Assembly (NCBI RefSeq): GCF_030144855.1
Contig: NC_082722.1
Location: forward strand, 26,412,001 to 26,476,000
Source: Hypanus sabinus
Taxonomy: Eukaryota
DNA: 64,000 bases
Reading direction: 5' to 3'
In this document: piece after piece, positions 12,640-24,900 of the stretch
How positions within the stretch are numbered: the stretch's first letter is position 1
Layout: each line of letters starts with the position of its first letter
The notes under the pieces: model-generated
Database searches by the model: none
What the model was told of the DNA's origin: nothing
What the model saw: only the letters and a program-made list of their open reading frames with translations
Translations under genes and position numbers: made by a program

Positions 12640-13230
12640 GAGAGGATATACTGGAGGGATCTTAAAAGCGTTGATGCAGAAAGGGATTTTAGAGTGCACT
12701 TACCGACGACATATCAGGATCCAGATAAGGAGGAGTTTAGCTTATTTGCCCTCTTGGCAGTATTTTGACAAGAGCTGGAGCAATATGTGGTACTAGTAGA
12801 CAATGGTTATGCCGGTCTTGTAGTGTCTTGTGCTCTTCTGGTCCACAGATAGCACGTAGTAGAGTTAGAAGGATTGTATAAGGAATTATCTGGTACTTTG
12901 CCTGGGATGGAAGGCTTTCGTGGCACGGAGAGATTGGATGGAATGGACTGTTTACTCGGGAGTACAGGTGGCTGAGGGATAACATTATGAATTTGAAAAA
13001 AAATTATTACGGACATTAATATAGAAGTTGCTCGTAGCCCATTTCTCTAGACAGGGCATCCAAATCTAGAAGACAGAGCTGTGAACTGAGAGAGAAAATA
13101 TTTAAAGGGGAGCTGGGCACGGCATGGTTTTCGGACAGAGGACGGTTGGTATATAGAACAAGTTGTTAGAGGAAATGGTACCGTACTGCAGGCATGTATA
13201 AGAATGGCTCCGTAAATATTTCGTTCTGAA
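12640..13230 (+). mobile_element. Degenerate CR1 RT 3' fragment
   Basis: Sequence resembles the CR1 3' region (gagctggagcaatatgtg.tactagtagac; gatggaatggactgtttactc). Confidence 0.5.
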
Positions 13231-14074
13231 TAGATGAAACGGGTGGAAGAGCCGTCTCCCGTGATGCACTCCAGGATTCAATGTTTTCTTGCAGCAAATA
13301 GCAGAGAATAGAAATACACTAACGGGCCCGCTGATGATATTACGGAAAGCCTTTAGTGGTTAAAATTCTGTGATGTCTCAAAAACCGATTTGAGAACTGT
13401 TGGCTCTATTTTTAAAGTTCGACGTTTAGGTTACAAACATAGAATTTTTTTTTGCAAAGTGACTTTAAAGCCTTTTCTTCGCAACTGAATGTTTCTAATG
13501 TTTTTCTGCGATATCCGTCTTTCGATTCTACAGTGTGTGCCTTCTGGAAAGAGAATAATGAGAAGCTTCATCACAATACTAAATAAAACAGAGTTTTATT
13601 TTTTAATCTTTAACCGTTTCACTTGTTGACAGCCTTCCAAGCGTGAATGGTTACACCATGAGCGACTATCTGGAGAATGATTGCTGTTTATTTTCATTTA
13701 AGGTGGAATATAATGAAATACGGTCGCATATCGACATCAGATCGCGCACTGAAACAAAGAAGTGGCCGTTCTATGAATAAAAGGATATGTTTTGTGTAGT
13801 TCACAACCGAGCTAGGTTCTAAACTGACATAGCTATGTAAATGACTTTGAGGTGTTGCCAAACTTGTAGCATGATGGGTGAAGACATTCGCTTTTTTTTT
13901 CGAATCAAGAAATGTAAAACTAAATGGAGGAAAAAATTGCCTGACAGGCGAAGACAACCTGAAAATTATAATTCATTATCTCCACACAGGGCCATTAACA
14001 CTGAGTCAACACTCGACCTGCAAATCGGTTAGCGTCGTCTACTGTAGCTAGAGCTACCGTTGCAGCTTCCTCTA

Positions 14075-14762
14075 CACTGGTGAGACTAGACTTAAACTGG
14101 GGGACCACATGTTCGACCACCTACAGTCCATACCAAAATGCGGAATTTGCTGGAGGCCAGTTATTTTTATTCCAATCCATTCACATTCCAACATTTCCAT
14201 TCATGTTATCTTCTTACGCCTTCATGAGGCTACTCTCAGGGTGGGCGAACAACACCTCGCATTCAGTCTAGGTAGCCTCCAACCTGACGACATGAACATC
14301 GACTTCTGCTTGAATTATTTTTTCCTCCCATGTCTCCTTTCTGTTCCCATCTCTGTGCTCTTATCTTCTCTGCTCTGCTGCCTATAACCTCGTCTGTCCC
14401 AATTCCTGCCCTTTCTTCCATAGTCTACTCTCCTCTCCTGTTATATCCCTTATTCTCCAGCTGTTTGCATTTTCAACCACTTACCTCCCAGCTTCTTACA
14501 TTACCCAACTGCCCAACCGCATACGCTCCTCTTCCCCCCTCCCCCCAAAGCCCCCTCAACTTGACTTCACTTAGCACCTTTCAATTTGTCCTCCATCCAC
14601 CGCCATTTTATTCCAGCATGTTCCTCCCTCCTTTCCACTCCTAATGAAGTGACTCGGGGCGAAACGTTAACTATTCATTCATTTCCATAGTTGCTGCCTG
14701 GTCTGCTGAGTTAATTTTGTGTGTGTTGCTCTAGATTCCAGTATCTGCAGAATCTCTTATGT
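14075..14762 (+). mobile_element. Penelope-like element remnant with GIY-YIG C-terminus
   Basis: ORF 14109 reads LRVGEQHLAFSLGSLQPDDMNIDF, the EQHLIFRLGSLQPxGMNxDF end of the PLE endonuclease, followed by the CT-rich body and terminal motif. Confidence 0.75.
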
Positions 14763-16189
14763 TACTGATATGAATACACTTTTATCAGTCCTTTGAGAAA
14801 ATATTCGACATTATCGGAAATGGCAACACTGGGAGCTAAGGATAACGTGCTGTGTCTGACAGAGAATTGCTTCGATAGCTGCTGCTGAGAGAAGGGAGAG
14901 GAGCACACAGGATGCTGAAGTCTCTTTGGTCTTGGACGCAATCTTCTCATTATGTTTTCAAGGACAAGAATGAAGTAACACAAGACCATGGAGTTAAATA
15001 TCAGGTTAGATAGCACAGTAATTTCTGGACAACAGCAGCAAAATATTCGAAAAAAAACGATGACCGCAAAAGTAGAGGAAACATGGAGATTAACGACAGC
15101 TCATAGAGCGTCAGCGGAGAGCAAAGCAGATCTAAGATTTCTGTTCGATTGCCCGATGAATGGTTGCAAATTAAGGGAGTGATTTTGTTTCCCACTCTTT
15201 GATTCTCGCTACTCTACCAGGCACGTTTTATGTTACGATATAAGGACAGTGGAATTTGCAATCCTTGCAAGATACCTGTCTGTACTTTTTAACTATGAGA
15301 ACGCTCCTTTTGGCTGGGGAAACATTTTATGTGATAAAGTCATGCACATGGAAATAGGCAGATAGTGCTCAATTCATGGGGTTTCCCAAATAGGGCAACA
15401 CATTTCTTGAGAGAAATTAATCCAATAGCCTTCGAGTTAACTCAACTGTCAAATCGAAAACGTTTTATACATCTGATTTTGTTAGGTGAATTTCGAAAAT
15501 TTCTCAAATCTTCCAAGATAAAAACAAAAGTTAAAGATTTAAAAATCTTAAAACTCTAAAGCAATGTTTCTCTTAGTTAATAGTACTTTCAAACAGATTA
15601 AACACCGCTTTAGCAGTGAATAACATTCAATTAACAGGCTTTTGACGATTTACATACAACCTGGCCAATATTTGTAAGGTTCATTTTAAACTCTTCAGAT
15701 ATCTGTACTTTTTTTTAATCCTCGACTGCGATTATCATCATTCCCTTCTATTAAAGGAGGAGAATATTGCTCTCAGCACTAAAAGTCAGGTGGATATTTT
15801 TTCACACAAATTAATTTCATCCGAGTGGGACAGTTAGCTCCAGTCCGTCAGTTCACCCTAACATGCGACCACAATTGAAAAATGCTTTGCTGGCTTACGC
15901 GAATAAATTATACAGGCACAGAACACATTCGCCCGACTACGTCCATGCCGACTATCAAGCACCAGTTACGTAAATCACACAATAACCCTATAGTATTCAC
16001 ACAACAATCTACTATCCCCGGCATTCCAAGGAACACATCCCACCACCATCTAGTTGGATCCATGGCTTCATACGGCACTGCACCAGGACTTCGGTCCATT
16101 TTGCCTATGTAGACCGAGAAAGCTATCCCAGCTAAATCCGTTTTCTTGCGTTTGTAGCTTATCACAGTAAATATTTTCTATCTGTGTAC

Positions 16190-17860
16190 CAGTCCAAATG
16201 TTCCTAACACAATGCAATCGTACCCACTTCTACAGATTCATCCCGTGCTCTATTCCAGTTACCAAGCCCATTGTTTTGGAAAACTTGCCCTAGATCCATT
16301 TAAATGTTTTCTCACTCATCTAGAATCGATAGATTCTCATTCTCGATTGAGTTATTCTGGGTAATATACTGTAGCCATACCCTTGCTTACGCCCCTAAAT
16401 ATATAAGGTCACCACTCAACCACCTGTGCTCTAGGGAAGCGTAACCCCACACTTTCCCTACAGCTAAAAACATGCTGTCCCGCAAATGTATTTGCGAATC
16501 TTTTCCAGACTATTTCAAGCTTCGTCGGGCCTTTTCTATAGCCGGCTGATCAGTAATGCACAGAAAACTCTGATATGCATCACTAACGACCTGTACAGTT
16601 GAACATGACGGCTCAGGTGCTGTACTCATTAAATAAATGTGCCAAGTACCTACCTTCGTCACCAGTGTACTCACCTCTATTACTCGTTGAAAGATCAATC
16701 TACATGTACCCTCAGTCACTTTGTTTTACTTCAATGCCCTGAGCAATCGACTGTGCAATGGTTTAACTAACTAAAATAGAAAATTTCGCAAATGTCCGAG
16801 TAATATACAATTGGTTTCGCAGTTTATCGTCGTAGATACCTTTCACTGTCTAAAATGCTACCAATTTCGTTGCATTCCGAAAGGTATTAACGAAGTTTTA
16901 AAAAATCATCTGAATTTTTCGGAGATGACAAAAATACTGGAAATGGGGCCTACCTGTTCAGTACATCACTAGTTGCAGGCAGTCATTCTTGATATCAAAT
17001 TTCCACTATCACCGTTTGACTCCCTCTAAACCAATTTTTTTTTATTCTTGTGCTCAGGCGGCTGGCTCACCCTGATTCCCATGTCAGCGAGTCTTTTGTG
17101 CAAGTCCACCATACGGGGCCTAACAGAAGTCAATAAGGTTATAGTCCAATTGATGCACTCCGCAATTTTCTTAACCACTTCATCAAAGTACCTCAATCAA
17201 ATTTGTGAGATGAGATTCCAAATGAAAAACCCATTCTGACCGTCACTTTTTCAACCTTTCCCTTTTCAAATTGTGATAGATTCTGCCCCTCCGATCAACT
17301 CTAGTATGTTTCTACGCACCGATGTTGGGCTCGCCACATTCTGCTCGCCTCTTGTCATTGCAGATTTTCTTAAATAAATGCACATGTGCCTCTCTCCAAT
17401 GCAACGGTGACACAATTTACGTTAAAGACGATGCTGATATTTTTGCGATATACCTTACCTTTTTTCCTTTAGCTTCTCACAATGTCTAAAGATACATTTG
17501 ATCAGGTGCCGTAAGCTCATCAAACGGTCTGAGTTCTTAAAACCGAGAACACCCCGTTCCCCCGATGCCTTCATTTTTCTCATGTGGATCTGTTAAAAAC
17601 TAATGTTAATTCCCTTTATTCCCTTAGTTTCCATGATGTTCACCACAGTGATGGGAAATAATAATTTACAGCTCGGACATCTCGGTCGCTATTTCCTCAT
17701 TTCCATGTGCTTTCTATTCAGAAGATCTATCATGCTACATTTGTGCTGTCATGATTCCCGTCAGGTCTGTGATGCAGGTCTCCTTTCTCCAAAACAGTGT
17801 CTCAATGTCCTCGTGAACCGGGCTTCTCTAATCCTTTTGGCCTTGCCATTCTCTTGACCG
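16190..17860 (-). mobile_element. Old antisense CR1 LINE remnant, paralogous to 30780-32560
   Basis: Antisense CR1 3' and RT-like sequence with colinear matches to 30780-32560 (e.g. cggtcgctatttcctca / cagtcgctatttcctca). Confidence 0.65.
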
Positions 17861-18289
17861 ATACCACTCGTGCATTTTAGCGGCAGTTAACGAAGGATAA
17901 CGCCTTGAAATAGGAGAGGAAAATTTAAATGAGGTTGCGAAGCAGGTACATTATGCAGAGAGGAGTAAGCGACTTGACCGTGCTACAAGAGAGTGTTGAT
18001 TTGAACACAACGGTTAAAAGACATTCAAATATGCCCACGAAGAGGCAAAAAAAGAGCGATGTCGACCATGTCCGATGGGATACAATACAAGTTGCATTAT
18101 GATCGATGCAGATATCATTGGTCGAAAGAGATTTTCCTGTGCTGGCTGAAGGGTGATTGATAGGTTCGTGGCCTAAGGTTGGAGGAGATGAATTATACAT
18201 CTCTCGTTACCTGCAAATGCAGGACAACTTTCTAAGTATTCTTTCAGAGAGTTTGAATTTAATGCCTTATCTCCTTCTACCTTAGACCG

Positions 18290-18790
18290 CGAGCTTATCA
18301 ATCACCCCTGATGAGTTATTGACTGCAAGTGGTAAAGGACTGAATAAGAAGGAATCTGATAGGACAGGACATTGGACCATTGGAGAAAGTGAACAAGGAG
18401 CAGCCGATAAGCGAGGTGAGGAGAAGAGAAGGGATAAAATGGGACCCAGAATGGGAAATAGAAAACGATGAAAGGTGTACGGGAGAACTTACTGAAAGTT
18501 AGAGAATTCTATGTTCAGATCAGCAGGTTGGAGGCTATCGAGACGGAATATAAATCCACCTATCAAGTGCCATATATCGACGTCCCCATCCCCCCACTTA
18601 TCACACGACAGTTTATACGACTTTCCCTCCCCTATCTCCTTATTGCGACTTCTTCCCCCCCTCCTTTCCAGTCCTGAAGAAGTATCTTACTCCGAAACAT
18701 CTACTGCTTATTTTTCATCACTGATGCTGAGCTCCACCTGCGCTTTGTGTGTATTCGTCGGGATTTCCTCTATCTGCAGCATTTCTTCTA
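18290..18790. mobile_element. PLE-derived element with inverted halves, about 100 nt upstream of the receptor ATG
   Basis: The minus strand at 18500-18548 reads the GIY-YIG end (ttatattccgtctcgatagcctccaacctg); the plus strand at 18550-18790 is the CT-rich body plus ctgaagaag...ccgaaac terminal motif. Confidence 0.6.
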
Positions 18791-18827
18791 CCCAAGGTAT
18801 AGACGGAGGCTTGACCGTGTAACTTAA

Positions 18828-18836
18828 TATATAAAG
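18828..18836 (+). promoter_or_regulatory. Candidate TATA box (TATATAAAG)
   Basis: Lies about 60 nt upstream of ATG 18897. Alternatively, tttctatctttcag (ending 18876) is a splice acceptor and the promoter lies further upstream. Confidence 0.3.
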
Positions 18837-18896
18837 TGCACTTGATTATTACAGCCCATGAATTTCTATCTTTCAGACAGACCACACTCATTTGCA

Positions 18897-18951
18897 ATGT
18901 CGGTGGATACAACCGTTTGTTTCGTGGCTCTGATCGCCGCGTTTTGGCCAG
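18897..18951 (+). CDS. Exon 1, signal peptide MSVDTTVCFVALIAAFWP
   Basis: Hydrophobic core; donor CAG|gtatgc; phase 1, as is typical of IgSF leader exons. Confidence 0.8.
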
Positions 18952-21900
18952 GTATGCTTAAATTTTTGAGCCCAATCTATGAAACAGACATCTTACAATA
19001 TTTTCCATCATTTACCCGCAGCAAATTTAGCCGTAGGAAGCATCCAATTCGCATGCCATTGTTCTGCATTTTTTGTCTGTTGATTCGTTGTCCAGTGAAT
19101 GCAACTGTTTTCAGCAATCTCACTTGTGTTTTGTCAGCCTCAGAAGGAACATCGGCCAAAGTGGAACAATTCCCTACAATCTTAAATGCCTCAATCGGTG
19201 GAAATGAATCCATGCACTGCAAATTTCCAATACTACAAGATATTGCTGAAATTTCGTGGTGGAAGGAGGGTCAGAACGCATTTATAGAACCAGACAGCAG
19301 AAATCAGTTCAATGTAATCAAAGGCGGCAGCACTTTTACCCTCCTGAATGTGAGATACACAGACGTCGGAGTGTATTATTGTCAAGTGAAAAGTCAACAA
19401 AAAATATTGGGAAATGGAACTGGCTCTCAGCTTATTGTGTTTAGTAAGTGTCTTTTTTCCTGTCCGTGGAAAAGTTTAATCTCTTTGCATTTGAAAAAAA
19501 AGCTAAGGTTGTGGAAATGTTGTGAAATTTTATTGCTAGTTGTAACTTTGTGCCATTAATATGCTTTCCACCTTTTTTTAAAATAGGAAAATATCATTTC
19601 GGATTTTTTCAGATTATTCTGTTATTATTTTGATGAGATTCTGCAGAGTGGCTTTTGTTCCACTTATTATTTGGTCCTTTGATATTTCCAATCATATATT
19701 TGTTATGCCTATATACTTCCACAACTCCTCACCCTCTCCCCGCCTTGACCTATTCCTCAGCCAGCCGATAAGAACATAAGAACATAAGAAATATGAGCAG
19801 GAGTAAGCCATACTGCCCTTCGAGCCTGACCCGTCATTCAATAACATTATAGTTGATCTTCGCATAAACTCAGCTCCATCCATCCTCATAATCGTTAATT
19901 CCGCTACTATGTAAAAATCTATCTAATTGTATCTTAAATATTCAGGACAGAGATTTTCACAGATTCACCGCTCTTTGTGAAAAACAATTTCTCTTCATCT
20001 CTGTCCTGAATCTTTTCCACTATATCTTGAGGCGATGTCCTCTAGTCTTGTCTCATCTACTAATGGAAACAACTTTCCTAATTCTATCTCATCTATCCCT
20101 TTCAAAATTCTCTACGTTTCTATAAGATTCCCTCTCATTCTTCTGAATTCCAGAGAGTATGGTCCGAGGCGACTCAATCTCTCCAGTTCACCTCTGGAAT
20201 CAATCCGGTGAACCTCTCCTGCACTGCATCCATAGCCAATATATCCTTCCTCAAGTCTGGTGAACAGAATTGTACACAGTACTCCAGCCGCAGTCACCTG
20301 AACCCTGTACTGTTGCAGCATGACTTCCCAGCTCTTGAATTAATTACCTCTAGCAATGAAGGCCAACATTACATTTGCGTCTTATTAACCCGTTTCACCC
20401 GCAAGCCAAATTTTTGCTATACACGCACAAGCATTAAAACCATTTAAATAATAATCTGTTCTTCTATTATTCCTTCCAAAGTGGACGATCTGGTACTTAT
20501 CAACATTATATTCCATCTGCCAGACCTTGGCCCATTCAATTAATCTATCTGTATCCCTCTGCAGACTGTCCACATCCTCTATACAATTTGCTTTTCCTTT
20601 CGATTTAGAGTCACCAGCAAATTTTGCTACGCTACACTCAGTCCCCTCTTCCAAATCATCAATGCAAATGGTAAACAACTGCAAGCCCAATAACGACCCC
20701 TGCTGCACCCCATCCAACCACTGACTGCTAACCGGAGAAACGCACATTTAAATCAACTGTCTGCCTTCTATTGGATAACCATTCCACTCTCCACGCCAAT
20801 ACACTTCTTCCGACTCCATGCATCCATATTTATTTTATAAGTCTCTTGTGCAGCATCTTATCGAACGCCTTCTGGAAATCCAAGCATACGTCATCCACCT
20901 GTTCCCCTCCATCCACTGCGCTCATTATGTCCCCAACGAACCCCAGTTAGCTTGTCAAACAGGACCTGCCCTTTTTGAATCCATGCTGCGTCTGTCTAAT
21001 GGAACCATTCCTTTTTAAATGTGTCGCTATTTCTTCCTTAGTGACAACTTCAAGCATTTTCCCGACTACAGATGTTGAGCTAACTGGACTATAATTGCCC
21101 ATCTTTTGCTTACATCCATTACTCAAAAAGTGGCGTGACATTTGCTGCCCAACAACTTTAAGTAATCAAAAGCTTTAAACAGAGGTGAACGGAACCAACT
21201 CATTTTTAGATGAAAAATTTGATTCGGGTTAGATAATGAGAGATAGGGAGCTGTAGTCAAATTCAGTTGAAGGGCAAATCACAAGCCATCTAATTTAAAG
21301 CGAAGCCTTGTTGAGGTTAAATGATATCCGCCCGTTCTTCAGCCTGCTTTTATACTACCACATCTCGACGGATTTCACCGATTTCGATCCTGCAGTTGCT
21401 GAAGTGCACAGCCACAAATATTTATAATAAACATCGGCAAAGGCAAACAAAGCCACTTCATTAATGTCAATTACGGGACGTGTGCGTAAAACCTCCAAAG
21501 AGAGAAACACAGCTTGATCCGTCAGCTGCTCCACAATGCCGATCCCATTGAAACGAGCATAGATATTCAGATTTACTGCCTCATCTTGCGTGAATACAAA
21601 ATAGACCTTCTAGGGCCGAGGTAGGGACAAAAATGGACTGTTGGTAGAAGCAATAAAGTCACGCCTAGCCCGCGCTAAATATGCAACGTTCATTCCAAAG
21701 AGTCGTGCGCTCCCCATCTGTCACCAACACACTTGTTTTGTCATTTTTACTTGCCCCCTGATACAATTAATAACTGGCAAATTCAGGGGATTTCATACGA
21801 CCGCAATGATAACAGTTGAGCGTGGTAGCGTGAGAAGGAGAATGCATAAGTTGAAATAATAGTTAAATATTCTACGTCGCTTTTTATTCTGTTGTAGCTC

Positions 21901-24900
21901 CCCCAACTCCGCTGAAAATTATTCGTGTTGAAGAAACTTCACCGAATTCCTGGAAACTCGTGTGTAAAACTGCAGCATTTTATCCAATGAAATTAGATAT
22001 CTTTTGGCGAAGAAATAATAAGGAAATTCAATCCGTAGAAACGGCAATAAGTGAGACTTCGGAAGGATCTTTTGAGGCTTCCAGTACTTTGGAAGATGCG
22101 CAGCCTGCTCAGGGCAAAGTGATTTACACCTGTCTGGTAACTCACGAAACGCTCAAACGTCCTGCCATTTTCAGCTATATTATTGAACAAGGTAAGACAG
22201 GAAACATTTAAAGCAAGCTCCAACCTGAATGAGAATATCCCTGGAGAGCTGTACAGACACGAGAAAAAATTGTGAAATCTATTTCTTTTTTCAACAGGGA
22301 AAAGTCAACGTGTGTATGGTTTTTACATTATTCACAGCCTTATAACTGCAAGAATATGTGGGTGTCAACGACAAAGGTAGAAAGGGGAAACAGGTTCTAC
22401 TGAGGGAATCTGAGCAGCTAGGAAATGCAGAACGAAAATCTTCTTAATCTCTGGATTACTACCTGTGCCACGTGCAAATTGGCACAGGGTTAAAACGATC
22501 AGAGAGGTAAAAGTGTAGTTCAGCAACTGGTGTGGGAGAACTGGGGTGGCATCCATGGGAAATTGGCACCAGTATTGGGGAACGAGTGAGCTGTTCCTTT
22601 GGGACGGGTTTACCTGAACCGTGATGGGACATGGATCCCGGCGAATCGCATAACTAGAGTTGTGGATAGGACTTTTAAACTAAGTAGCATGGGGGTTGGT
22701 TCAGCAGATTTTAGAAGTATGGATAAAGTAAAAGAGTGAAGTGCGGATAAAGATAAAGAAAACGCAAAATTACAGAAAAAAACAAGAATATTAATGGCGC
22801 CGTGCAGAAAGGGAAAGTGTACAATAGACAAAGATCACAAAACTTTAAAGACACAGAGTTTAACGGCAGTTTCCGCTCAATCCCACATTATCCGTAGTAA
22901 GGTCAGTGAAATTGTGGCACAAATGAGTATAAAGGCGTATGATTTAGTGGTCGATACAGAAATATGGCTGCAGAATGGAGAGGATTGGAAATTAAATATC
23001 CAACGATATAAGGTAATACGAAAGGATAGGCCGGAAGATGAGGGTGATGGGGAAGTATCTTAAATAAGGATGTGATCAGGACGGTAGTGAGAGACAGAGG
23101 CAGGTAAGTATGGAGCATCGTGCAGTTTAACTTGCACATAGACTAGGTGACTCAAGATGGTCGAGACCGACTTGAGGAGGACTTCATAGAATCCATCCGT
23201 GATAGCTTTTTTCAACAGCATGTTACTGAACCTACAAAGGAACATGCTACCTTGGAAAGCAAACACGAGGAGATCTGCAGATGCTGGAAATTCAAGCATT
23301 TGTAAAGGACATACAGTATACTTACACCAACCAAAATCTCAAGCGAGAATTAGACTATGTCGTCAGAATATCAGGAATTATGTGAATATTACCTTCTGTA
23401 CGGTAATATCAGCGTGACCAACAAAAAACATATTTATGGAAGGTTGTTCAAAAGGCTCTGTGAGTTCACAGTGCGATCTAACTATCCGGCTGAGAATATT
23501 AAGTGGCAATTTCTTTCAGTCAGCGATAGATTCCTCGTCATGTAAGAGTCGGTACTGAGAGTTTTGTACATCGATGCAATTGCTCTCTCCTAATATTGTG
23601 CATGTGTATTCATTGGAAACATCCGAGACTGATATTGTTATATTTCGTACCAGTTGAAAATGCAACCATCTGAACCGTACAGGAAAGTGAGAGAGGATCA
23701 AGCACAATTTTGGAAGTTGGTCACGTTTATAAAATATGTCAAATCATAATTATGTTTCAAATACTCATAATGATATTTAAATTCATCCACTATTCCATAT
23801 TCTGTTTTTTTAACTATTTGCGGAGTTAAATATGGCTCCTTTGGCTACTTCTGCACTTAAAGCAGGAATTCTCTTTGCAAGTGTCTTTGTTTTATTACTT
23901 AATGTAAAGCTGCTCGTTTGTCACTCCGGTTTTCACCAAGTACCTGTCACTTCTCCTTATATATCGTTCGGATTGCTCTCTTTAACATTCTGTTAATGCA
24001 TCTTGTGATGATTTATGGAAGTAAAAAGTCATTTTCTCATGTATTCCAATGGAATCTGCTGATGGAGTTTCCCAGTGACAGTCCAGAAATAGAAAAGATG
24101 TCATTTGAAATCTTCGATCAAACTATCTGCAAAGGCATCGTTAAAAGAAAAAAAAATCTCTTATATCAAATGAAAAATACTCACTGTCAAGAACCAAAAC
24201 GCAAAACAAGAGAACACATGTAGCTTCTAGAACTCCAAGCAACACACAGAAAATGCCGGAGGAACTCAGCAGGCCAGGCAGCACTAGTCCAGCCGAAGGG
24301 TCTCGCCCGAAACGTCGACGACTTTTCTCCACAGATGCTGTCTGGCCTGTTGAGCTCCTGTAACATTTTTTGTGTGTTGACCTGGAAAGGACGTCTATGT
24401 AAGGTAATCTGTTCACTCCATAAGTCCGATCATCACCTTAAAACTCGTGTCATTTTGCGTCTCTGGCAAACTTTATTTGTTTAGGTCTGAATTACCAATT
24501 AATATGTTTTACTTTCTTGTCTCACTGTCTTTATATATTTATATATATTTCACAGCTTCCTCTTTTATTTCCAGATGGAGAAAACAGCAATACGCCCCTG
24601 ATTCTCGGTGGTGCATTGGGCGGACTGGCAATTATAATTCTGATTCTAATTTTGATAATAACCGGAGTTAAGGCAAAACGTGGTAAGAACATGAATGCTT
24701 TTACAAGCATTTCCATGTATAACCTCAGCAGATTGAAAAGTCAAATGATAATGAGAGAATCAAGATTTCCAAAGCATTATCCGATTCTCATTCGACAATA
24801 CTAGTTATAAATAACAGGATAATTTTACATTTCAAGTTATCCAATCATTCCTTGGACCCGTCTTTCAGACACCTTTGATTTTCAGGCTGTGACTTCCTGT

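Noticed and set aside
17644-23500. CACAGTG heptamers (e.g. 17644, 23467) as recombination signal sequences; the locus as a rearranging TCR or Ig locus
   Set aside because: No nonamer at 12 or 23 nt spacing. V and J-like strands are in one exon, no separate D or J segments are present, and the uncharged TM and ITIM tail are unlike TCR or Ig.
23357-23707. Ig-like fragments (CEFTVRSNYPAENIKW on +; NITISVSDVSNEYTC on -) in intron 3
   Set aside because: Only single motifs on opposite strands, with no complete domain or phase-1 splice sites.
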